This document shows positions 56,593 to 64,000 of a stretch of 64,000 nucleotides of DNA, piece after piece (the stretch's first letter is position 1; every line of letters begins with the position of its first letter). Both the position numbers and the translations under genes were made by a program. Source of the DNA: Candidatus Doudnabacteria bacterium (lineage in GTDB: Bacteria > Patescibacteriota > Doudnabacteria > UBA920); the NCBI GenBank assembly GCA_963837465.1, contig CAWINB010000004.1:458853-522852 (forward strand), in the 5' to 3' direction. The notes beneath the pieces are model-generated. The model was not told where the DNA came from. It saw only the letters and a list, made by a program, of their open reading frames with translations, and did no database searches.

Positions 56593-57429
56593 ATGGCAGA
56601 TGAGGATATAACTAAAGTCGGTATAATTGGCGTTGGCTTTGTCGGCGGTGCCGCGAGGCAGTATTTTGAAACCCTGCCACTGGAACTATTTTTATACGAC
56701 AAATATAAAAAGTTGGGCTCGGTAGAAGATGTTAACCGGGCGCAGGTAATTTTTGTAGCAACACCTACGCCTTTTGTCCCGGAAACAGGTTTTGATTTGT
56801 CTTTTGTGGAAGGTGCGGCGGCAATTTTAACAGCCCCAAAAATAATTGTCATTAAGTCCTCTGTAGTGCCCGGGACAACCGACAAGCTTCAGGAACAATT
56901 TCCGCAGCATAAGTTTTTGTTTAACCCGGAATTTTTAAGGGAAGCTTCCGCATATAACGATTTTATAAACCCCGACAGGCAAATACTCGGCACCACCGCG
57001 GCCAGCTTGGATGTGGCGGAAAAAGTTTTAAGGCTCCTGCCAAAGTCTGCTTATGAAAAAATTATGCCTGCCAATGAAGCAGAGGTTGTAAAATACATGG
57101 CCAATACTTTTTTGGCCATGAAAGTAGTGTTTGCCAATGAATTTTACAGTCTCTGTAAAGACTTGGGGATTAATTACGAAACAGTTAAAGAAGCAGTCTC
57201 TCAAGACCCCCGTATTGGTGCCTCACACCTGGATGCCGATCATGGCGGTTACCGCGGTTATGGCGGAAGTTGTTTTCCAAAAGATGTTAATGCAATAATC
57301 CAGTTTGCCAACAACAAAGGAATAAAAATGCCGTTGCTGGAAGAAATGAGGGCAATAAACAGGGGACTGCTTAAAAAAAGTAATTTGGACGAAGATTATT
57401 TTTTAACCGGTAAACATAAGAAAACCTAA
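56593..57429 (+). CDS. UDP-glucose/GDP-mannose dehydrogenase family protein, short form (NAD-binding + catalytic-Cys central domain; no C-terminal UDP-binding domain)
   Basis: GIIGVGFVGG, FNPEFLREASAYNDFINPDRQILGTT, catalytic GGSCFPKD. Only 278 aa, against ~390 for canonical Ugd. Confidence 0.6.
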   Translation: MADEDITKVGIIGVGFVGGAARQYFETLPLELFLYDKYKKLGSVEDVNRAQVIFVATPTPFVPETGFDLSFVEGAAAILTAPKIIVIKSSVVPGTTDKLQEQFPQHKFLFNPEFLREASAYNDFINPDRQILGTTAASLDVAEKVLRLLPKSAYEKIMPANEAEVVKYMANTFLAMKVVFANEFYSLCKDLGINYETVKEAVSQDPRIGASHLDADHGGYRGYGGSCFPKDVNAIIQFANNKGIKMPLLEEMRAINRGLLKKSNLDEDYFLTGKHKKT

Positions 57430-57431
57430 GT

Positions 57432-58367
57432 ATGCCAAAAATAACAGTACTAATAGCCGGCGGTGCCGGATTTGTGGGGTCGCATTTGTGCGACCATTAT
57501 GTTAAAAAAAATTACCGGGTAATTTGCCTGGATAATTTAGCCACCGGCAGCCGCGAAAATATTAAGCATTTACTGCCAAAAAAAAACTTTTCTTTTTTAC
57601 GGCAAAGCGTTACCAAGCCTTTGTCTTTGAAAGTCGATTATATTTTTCACCTGGCCTCGCCGGCTTCTCCCGCGCATTACCAAAAAGACCCAATTGCAAC
57701 CTTTGAAGCAAACGTTTTTGGCGCCAAGAATTTATTGGAGCTGGCTAAAAAAAATAAAGCCATGCTGTTGCTTGCGTCCACTTCGGAAGTTTACGGCGAC
57801 CCGCTAGAGCATCCGCAAACAGAAAAGTATTGGGGTAATGTTAACCCTGTGGGCATTCGCAGCTGCTATGACGAAAGCAAGCGAGCGGCTGAAACCTTAT
57901 GCATGGATTATTCTCGTAAATTCGGTGTAAACGCAAAAATAGTAAGGATTTTTAACACCTACGGCCCGCGTATGGGGGCTAAAGACGGCAGGGTTGTGTC
58001 CAATTTTATTGTCCAGGCTCTCTCCGGTAAACCTTTAACAATTTATGGGAGCGGAAAACAAACCCGCAGCTTCCAGTATATAGGCGATCTTATACAGGGT
58101 ATTACAGCAATGGCAGAAAGCAAAAAATTTACCGGCCCGGTAAATTTGGGGAATCCAGTAGAATTTACCATGCTGGAGCTGGCAAAAAAAGTTTTGAGTT
58201 TAACAGGTTCAAAGAGCAAGCTGGCATATAAACCTTTGCCGCAAGACGACCCAAAACAGCGCAGGCCGGACATAAGTTTAGCTAAGTCAAAACTTAACTG
58301 GCAGCCCAAGGTAGGACTTAATCAGGGACTGGAGCACGCAATAAATTATTTTCGCCAAGTCGTTTAA
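57432..58367 (+). CDS. uxs: UDP-glucuronate decarboxylase (UDP-xylose synthase)
   Basis: VLIAGGAGFVGSHL, SEVYGDPLEHPQTEKYWGNVNPVGIRSCYDESKRAAETL is a close match to the UXS/ArnA-decarboxylase signature. Confidence 0.85.
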   Translation: MPKITVLIAGGAGFVGSHLCDHYVKKNYRVICLDNLATGSRENIKHLLPKKNFSFLRQSVTKPLSLKVDYIFHLASPASPAHYQKDPIATFEANVFGAKNLLELAKKNKAMLLLASTSEVYGDPLEHPQTEKYWGNVNPVGIRSCYDESKRAAETLCMDYSRKFGVNAKIVRIFNTYGPRMGAKDGRVVSNFIVQALSGKPLTIYGSGKQTRSFQYIGDLIQGITAMAESKKFTGPVNLGNPVEFTMLELAKKVLSLTGSKSKLAYKPLPQDDPKQRRPDISLAKSKLNWQPKVGLNQGLEHAINYFRQVV

Positions 58368-58381
58368 TTAATTTAAAATAT

Positions 58382-59698
58382 ATGCAAGCGGTCATTTTAG
58401 CAGGGGGCGCAGGGGCTCGCTTAGGGAAGCTAACAAAAAATTTACCTAAGCCTTTGGTAAAAATTGGCAGTAAATCTGTTTTGGAACACCAAATTATCCT
58501 TTTAAGGTCCTTTGGTATTAAAGATATTTTTATTTTAACGGGGTTTAAAGGTGAAAAAATTCACCAGGCTTTGGGCAATGGCCAAAAGTTAGGGGTAAAA
58601 ATTCGATATGATCACGGGCCCGTAGAATGGAATACCGCAGACCGGGTAATGCACGCAAAAAAATATATTAAGAACGACTTTTTGCTTTTGTACGGCGACG
58701 TAATGATCAATTTTGACTTAAAAAAATTTATTAAATTCCACAAAAGCAACCACAAAAACCAACTGGCAACTTTGGTGATCCATCCTAATAACCATCCGTT
58801 ACATAGTGATGTAGTTGAGCTTGGCAGCGACAATAAAATAAAAGCTTTCCACCCAAAACCCCACCCGGAAAATGTTTATTTCCGAAATTTGGTTAATGCC
58901 GGAGTTTATATTATGAGCCCAAAAATTTTCCCTATACTCAAGCGGCACCCGGGCAGCGATTTTGGCCGTACAATTTTTCCTTATATTGTAGCTTCAAAAA
59001 AAACTTTGTTGGCTTATAATTCAACAGAGTATTTCCGTGATATGGGAACTCCGGAACTGCTTGAGCAGGTTACACGGGATTACAAGGCCGGCGTTTATAA
59101 AAAAGGGAGCTTGACATTCAAACGCCAGGCAGTGTTTTTAGACAGGGACGGCGTGCTTAATGAAGAAGTTAACCAGTTAAGCAGCCCCAAAGACCTGCAT
59201 GTTTACCCTTTTTCTGCCAAAGCCCTAAAGCTTTTCAACCAAGCGGGATGCCTGGTTGTGGTTGTAACAAACCAGCCGCAAATTGCTCGCGGCTATATAA
59301 CAGAGCAGGACTTAAGATTAATTCATAATAAACTGGAATGGGAATTGGGCAAGCATGGGGCAAAAATTGACGCCATATACTATTGTCCGCACCATGTTAT
59401 TGACGCCACAGTTGTTCGCCCTGTAAAAAAGTACGCAATTGAATGCAACTGCAGGAAGCCAAAACCCGGGCTTATATACCGCGCAGCTAAAGACTTAAAT
59501 ATTGACCTAAAAAAAAGTTTTTTTGTAGGCGACAGCTTCCGCGACAGTGAGGTTGCAAAAAATGCCAAATTAAAATTCTTGGGCGTGGCTACGGGTTATG
59601 GCTGCAAAGATGCGAGTTTGAATACAGGCAGGGAACCTGAAATTTACAAAAATTTATTAGTTTTAGTTAAGAAGATGTTTAAATACCCCAAAAGGTAA
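58382..59698 (+). CDS. bifunctional D-glycero-alpha-D-manno-heptose 1-phosphate guanylyltransferase (HddC-like NTP-transferase) / D,D-heptose 1,7-bisphosphate phosphatase (GmhB, HAD)
   Basis: N-terminal MQAVILAGGAGARLGKLTKNLPKPLV. C-terminal HAD motifs AVFLDRDGVLN, VVTNQPQIARG, CPHH...CNCRKPKPG, VGDSFRDSEVAKNA. Confidence 0.8.
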   Translation: MQAVILAGGAGARLGKLTKNLPKPLVKIGSKSVLEHQIILLRSFGIKDIFILTGFKGEKIHQALGNGQKLGVKIRYDHGPVEWNTADRVMHAKKYIKNDFLLLYGDVMINFDLKKFIKFHKSNHKNQLATLVIHPNNHPLHSDVVELGSDNKIKAFHPKPHPENVYFRNLVNAGVYIMSPKIFPILKRHPGSDFGRTIFPYIVASKKTLLAYNSTEYFRDMGTPELLEQVTRDYKAGVYKKGSLTFKRQAVFLDRDGVLNEEVNQLSSPKDLHVYPFSAKALKLFNQAGCLVVVVTNQPQIARGYITEQDLRLIHNKLEWELGKHGAKIDAIYYCPHHVIDATVVRPVKKYAIECNCRKPKPGLIYRAAKDLNIDLKKSFFVGDSFRDSEVAKNAKLKFLGVATGYGCKDASLNTGREPEIYKNLLVLVKKMFKYPKR

Positions 59699-60009
59699 TC
59701 CACCGGTTCCACCGGTGTGACTAGAACAGGTTTAACCGTTCCGTTAACAACAAAAAACATAGTATACTTCCCCTTGGCTTGATGAGTTAAGTCATCCGGA
59801 CAAAGGACAGTATACTATGTCAGACCTTTATCACAGTTTAGCTCATTCAAAAAACAAAATATCCTGGAAGCTCTGCCCAAGCTCCTGACCCTGCCAGGCC
59901 AGGGCTACACGGTGGCTTTGGGAAAAGGTGAATAGTTACTTTTTAAAGATTTGTAAACAACATCTAAAACTGTTAAAATCATAAGTAATTATGCTTTTTA
60001 GATAAACTT

Positions 60010-60996
60010 ATGATTATTTCGAGGACGCCCTTTCGGGTTAGTTTTGTGGGAGGGGGGAGCGACTTGCCCGCTTTTTACAAGAATTTTCCCGGAGCAGTAC
60101 TGACTACTGCGATTGATAAATATGTTTATATAACCGTTAATAAAAATTTTGATTCCAGCATTCGCCTTAAATATTCGGAAGTTGAAGAAGTTGAACAACT
60201 CTCCCAAATTAAGCACCATTTAATTCGGCAGAGTTTGGAATTAATGGGCATAACAAGCCAGATTGAAATTACATCTTTGGCAGATATTCCTGTAAAAGGC
60301 ACAGGGCTTGGTTCGTCGTCTTCTTATTTAGTTGGTGTTTTAAATGCCTTGCATGCTTATAAAAAAAAGAACTCTTCGCCCGAAATTTTAGCGCAAGAAT
60401 CTTCTCGTATTGAAATGGATGTTTTAAGGCGGCCTGTTGGAAAACAGGATCATTATATTGCGGCTTATGGCGGCTTGAATTTAATAAAATTTATGCAGGA
60501 TGGGTCGGTTATTGTAGAGCCCGTGGAAATTCCGGAACATGCCAGGGCCAAACTCCAGGAGCAGTTGCATATGTTTTATACAGGCATTAGCCGGGATACT
60601 TCGGATATCCTTTCCGTGCAAACCAAAAATTTTGAAACCGGCGGACAGTATTATGCCTCTATGGAGCGCATGGTAGAGCTGGCGCATAACATGGCCGAGG
60701 ATCTGGGGCAAGGGAAGATTGAAAAGTTCGGTGAAATGCTCCATGAAAATTGGGAACTGAAGAAACAAATGGCCCATAATATTAGCAATGCCCAAATAGA
60801 CGCCTGGTATGAGGCAGCTCTAAATGCCGGAGCTACGGGCGGAAAAATTTTGGGAGCCGGCGGCGGCGGTTTTTTGTTATTGAATATTCCTCCGGAAAAA
60901 TACGAAGCGGTAAAAAAAGTTTTGCATCCCTTAGAAGAGCTGCCTTTTAATTTTGAACCCAAAGGCAGTGTAATTTTTAATATGCAAGAATTCTAA
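60010..60996 (+). CDS. hddA: D-glycero-alpha-D-manno-heptose 7-phosphate kinase (GHMP kinase, HddA-like)
   Basis: SRTPFRVSFVGGGSDLP and the GHMP motif PVKGTGLGSSSSYLVGVLNAL. Confidence 0.8.
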   Translation: MIISRTPFRVSFVGGGSDLPAFYKNFPGAVLTTAIDKYVYITVNKNFDSSIRLKYSEVEEVEQLSQIKHHLIRQSLELMGITSQIEITSLADIPVKGTGLGSSSSYLVGVLNALHAYKKKNSSPEILAQESSRIEMDVLRRPVGKQDHYIAAYGGLNLIKFMQDGSVIVEPVEIPEHARAKLQEQLHMFYTGISRDTSDILSVQTKNFETGGQYYASMERMVELAHNMAEDLGQGKIEKFGEMLHENWELKKQMAHNISNAQIDAWYEAALNAGATGGKILGAGGGGFLLLNIPPEKYEAVKKVLHPLEELPFNFEPKGSVIFNMQEF

Positions 60997-61042
60997 AAGT
61001 ATTCTCCAGCCGTTGTAAGTTTAATTTTGTAAGGTAGTTCGT

Positions 61043-61594
61043 ATGGAAATAAATTCTTATTTAGAACATATCCAAAAATCTTTACCGTTAATTGATCCTG
61101 TTCAAATAGAGGCATTAGCCTGGGCAATAAGTAAATGCCGGGGGACAAATGCACGTATATTTGTTTTTGGTAACGGGGGCAGCGGGGCCAATGCCAGCCA
61201 TTTTGTGCAGGATCTGCTCAAATGCCCGGTTAAAGATTTTTCCTCAAGCTCCGGCAGGTTTGCTGCTATTTGTTTGAACGATAACACCCCGGTTGTTATG
61301 GCCTATGCCAACGATTTAGACTACAGCGAAGTTTTTCGCCAGCAGCTCATGAATTTTGCGCGTCCGGGGGACTTGGTTATAGCCATAAGCGGCAGCGGCA
61401 ACAGCAAAAATGTGCTTAAGGCCATAGAGTACGCCCTTACCGAGAAGCTGGATACTTTTGGCATATGCGGGTTTGAAGGCGGCGTCCTTTTGGGACTGGT
61501 AAAAAATGCCATACATTTTAAAACCTCAAACATGCAGGTTTTTGAAGACCTATGTTCCATTACCCTTCATGCCGTAGTAAGTAATTTATTATAA
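61043..61594 (+). CDS. gmhA: phosphoheptose (sedoheptulose-7-phosphate) isomerase, SIS domain
   Basis: ARIFVFGNGGSGANASHFVQDL, ISGSGNSKNV. Confidence 0.85.
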   Translation: MEINSYLEHIQKSLPLIDPVQIEALAWAISKCRGTNARIFVFGNGGSGANASHFVQDLLKCPVKDFSSSSGRFAAICLNDNTPVVMAYANDLDYSEVFRQQLMNFARPGDLVIAISGSGNSKNVLKAIEYALTEKLDTFGICGFEGGVLLGLVKNAIHFKTSNMQVFEDLCSITLHAVVSNLL

Positions 61595-61602
61595 ATATAA
61601 AA

Positions 61603-62829
61603 ATGCGACAAAAATATAATTTACTTTTTTTCCACCCCCAAGGCTTGTTTTACGGCGGTACGGAAAAGTTGCTGCAAATTTTTGCCAAGTATTTAAGCTC
61701 TGAGTTTAATGTTTTTTACGCTTACGCGCCGCAGTGCGGAGAGGAGCGAAAAGAATATTTTTCCGGAACAGCGGTAAAATTAGTGCCGTTTTCGTTTAAG
61801 AGCCAACGGGCGTATGAACCTTTTGACTATGCCGGTTTAACCCCTAAGGTTGAAGATTTGATAAACAAATACCATATAGACTGTATTTGCCTGCCCGTAT
61901 ACAGTAAGTACCAGTTTCCGCTGAATACAATTTCTGCCGCCATGCCGTTTGTGTTAACTTCTCCGTTCGGGCATTTTGCCACTAACGGGAGCGTGCAAAG
62001 GGTTTTTGTTTCCGGTAAAAGTAACCTGGAGCGCATGCAAAGGACCGGAGTGAAAATTGCGGAATTAATTTATGACCCCATAGAAGACTTTGAGCCGGGC
62101 TATTTAAACAAAGGGCCAGTTAATGATGTTGTGGTTTTTGGCAGGGTCGGCAGGGCAGATAATAATATTTTTGACCCGATATCTTTAAAGGCCTACGCGA
62201 AATTAGAAAAAAAGTACGGCAATAAGGTGAAGTATGAATGGCTTACCCCGCCGCCTGCCGCCGAACAACTGGCTAAAGAGCTGGGGCTGAATAATTTTAC
62301 AGTTGACCCCGGAACCCAGCAGGATTATTTACCCAAATTCTACCAGCGCGTAGATATTTTGGCTCACGCCCGCAAAGACGGAGAGACTTTTGGTAAAGCA
62401 ATTGCCGAGGCTATGTTGGCCGGGTTGCCAATTGTTACGCACCGTTCCCACGGTTACAATGAACATCTCTATCTTTTGGACCAAAGCTATGCCCGTTATT
62501 CGGAACCTGATGACGTAGAAAAATATTTTGAAAATATGGAGGGGTTTGTTCTTAATAAAGAAAAAATCCGTCCCATGGGGCAACTGGCCAGGAAACGTGC
62601 TTTGGAATTGTGCAGCCCAAAAGCGCAGATGCCTCATTTGCAGGAAGTGTTTTACGAGGCCGCGGAAAAGTGTACTTACTATTCGCGCCCTTCTTTTTAC
62701 CGGGGTAAAATAGTTATGTGGTGGAATAATTTTAAGCAATTCCCTTACTTTGCGGCCAAAAGGACTCTTTATAATTTTCCGTTTTTGAGCAAAAAAGCCT
62801 TGGCATTTTACCAAAAAATAAATCCATAA
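61603..62829 (+). CDS. GT-B fold glycosyltransferase-like protein (GT1/GT4-type E..G...EAM..G.P motif)
   Basis: FGKAIAEAMLAGLPIVTHRS. N-terminal region unassigned. Confidence 0.55.
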   Translation: MRQKYNLLFFHPQGLFYGGTEKLLQIFAKYLSSEFNVFYAYAPQCGEERKEYFSGTAVKLVPFSFKSQRAYEPFDYAGLTPKVEDLINKYHIDCICLPVYSKYQFPLNTISAAMPFVLTSPFGHFATNGSVQRVFVSGKSNLERMQRTGVKIAELIYDPIEDFEPGYLNKGPVNDVVVFGRVGRADNNIFDPISLKAYAKLEKKYGNKVKYEWLTPPPAAEQLAKELGLNNFTVDPGTQQDYLPKFYQRVDILAHARKDGETFGKAIAEAMLAGLPIVTHRSHGYNEHLYLLDQSYARYSEPDDVEKYFENMEGFVLNKEKIRPMGQLARKRALELCSPKAQMPHLQEVFYEAAEKCTYYSRPSFYRGKIVMWWNNFKQFPYFAAKRTLYNFPFLSKKALAFYQKINP

Positions 62830-62833
62830 AACC

Positions 62834-63745
62834 ATGACTTGGAGCAAGCAGGAAATAATTTTAAAATCTTTAAGCTTTTTGAGCCGGCTTTTGGGCAAGG
62901 AATTTATTTATTATTCCAAAAATGAACATAATGGCCTCGGCATGACTGCAGTCAAATCGAGCTACGGGTTTTGGTATGCTGGCAATCTGCTGTCGCCTAA
63001 AGACATTGCCTATGGTATTTTAAATAACGGCTTAATGGAAAAAGAGGGGAGTGAATTGGTGGAAAAGATTTTGGGCTTTGAGCTGAAAAACAAAGCGGAG
63101 TTTACTTTTTATGATATTGGTGCCAACACCGGATACTTCGGGGTTTTAGCCTCATTTTTGGGAAAAGGCAAAGTTATTACCTATGCTTTTGAGCCGCTAA
63201 AGGAGTATAATGTAGTGGAGAATGAAACAATCCGCCTTAACCGTTTGGAGGGGATTTGCTCTGTTTTTAGTGTTGCTTTGGACAGTAAGCCCGGGTACGC
63301 CGATTTTTTCCTTGCCGGAACCGGCTCTACGCTGGATCCGAGTTTTTTGGGCAAAGGACAATACGGCAAAAGGCAAGTTGAGAAAGTTGTTTTAGACCAG
63401 TATATTCAAACTCAAAAATTAAAAGTCCCGGATTTTTTAAAAATAGACGTAGAGGGCCTTGAGTACGGGGTGCTAAGCGGTTCCGCGGCAACGTTAAAAC
63501 AAAATTTACCCGTAATTTGGTACGAAACCGCGGCGTATAATAAGTCGAGGCGGTACGTAAACCCTAATTTTTTAAATACAATAAATTTATTGGAGCAGCT
63601 GGGTTATGAAATTTTTACTACCACAAATAAGGCCTTGCAAAAAGTAAACGGAGAATTTAGCCAAGACGGCTCCCATATGTTTTTAGCTTTACATAACCAA
63701 AAGCACCGGGACTTAAAACTTTTTTTAAACAGCAAAAATAATTAA
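62834..63745 (+). CDS. FkbM-family methyltransferase
   Basis: FYDIGANTGYFGVLASFLGKGKVITYAFEPLKEYNVVENETIRLN...SVALDSKPGYADFF matches the TIGR01444 pattern. Confidence 0.75.
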   Translation: MTWSKQEIILKSLSFLSRLLGKEFIYYSKNEHNGLGMTAVKSSYGFWYAGNLLSPKDIAYGILNNGLMEKEGSELVEKILGFELKNKAEFTFYDIGANTGYFGVLASFLGKGKVITYAFEPLKEYNVVENETIRLNRLEGICSVFSVALDSKPGYADFFLAGTGSTLDPSFLGKGQYGKRQVEKVVLDQYIQTQKLKVPDFLKIDVEGLEYGVLSGSAATLKQNLPVIWYETAAYNKSRRYVNPNFLNTINLLEQLGYEIFTTTNKALQKVNGEFSQDGSHMFLALHNQKHRDLKLFLNSKNN

Positions 63746-63754
63746 ATTATTAGA

Positions 63755-64000
63755 ATGAACCTTAAGGAAAAGTTCAAAAATAAATTAAAAAAGCTCTCAG
63801 GGGTTTTACAAAAACCAACCAGCAGTTATAACGACCACGAAATGTGGTTTCAAAGTCCTGATGTTGTTGAACAAGAGCGTAAGCTGGCTTTGGAAAAAGA
63901 AGATTCAAATACTTTTAACAAGCCGGAGTTTAGGGTTTTGGATTTGCTGGCAAAATATCCCGCGGTGCGCGGTGTAGCCGTAGATATTGGCTCCGGGGCC
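63755..64000 (+). CDS. putative class I SAM-dependent methyltransferase, 3'-partial (runs off window)
   Basis: ATG at 63755, open to the window end. VLDLLAKYPAVRGVAVDIGSG resembles motif I. Confidence 0.45.
   Translation, partial: MNLKEKFKNKLKKLSGVLQKPTSSYNDHEMWFQSPDVVEQERKLALEKEDSNTFNKPEFRVLDLLAKYPAVRGVAVDIGSGA

Noticed and set aside
59757-59816. 11-bp inverted repeat catagtatact/agtatactatg in the 310-bp gap inside the heptose operon
   Set aside because: Could be a small internal regulatory hairpin. Too little evidence (single copy, no motif) to call a feature.

Overview
This 64-kb window looks like a small-genome bacterium of the Candidate Phyla Radiation / Patescibacteria type. That placement is inferred, not tested: class II RNR with cobO salvage, a competence-domain-only ComEC, a short Rel, a four-helix-bundle '23S-IVS' protein, many miniature palindromes and 7-mer microsatellites, and moderate-low GC. 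Gene order is: nrdJ (5'-partial), a GIY-YIG cassette bounded by 16-bp inverted repeats, cobO, comEC, cyclophilin, ndk, rel(-), fpg, hypotheticals including an NTase, a methyltransferase(-), CIRCE-groES-groEL, a ~1.7-kb gene-poor region with a striking CGAAT iteron-like array, rpmF (missed by the ORF track), nusB, hup, tRNA-Gly whose 3' end is directly repeated 1.3 kb downstream, two secreted proteins, SAM-I riboswitch-metK, tkt, glpX (apparent +1 frameshift plus an in-frame palindromic mini-element insertion), a LacD-like aldolase, LOG, a four-helix-bundle cassette, tal. After tal comes an AT-rich minus-strand island abutting tRNA-Pro(-). It encodes a pol-beta/SMODS-like nucleotidyltransferase, a membrane-anchored alpha/beta-domain protein, a HEPN-motif protein and other unknowns, and is my best candidate for an undescribed conflict/defence system. 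The island is followed by two giant secreted surface proteins that share a triple-repeat module, a beta-lactamase-like hydrolase, an O-antigen-ligase-like TPR membrane protein, and a >19-kb glycan locus. That locus holds GT4, CgeB-like, acyltransferase, Wzx, TylF/FkbM methyltransferases, GT2s, epimerases, a short Ugd-like gene, UXS, and a complete GDP-D-glycero-D-manno-heptose pathway (gmhA, hddA, gmhB-hddC fusion). Three conserved genes show single-base +1 frameshifts, and one GC-rich HD hydrolase gene is decayed. No rRNA and no CRISPR were seen.
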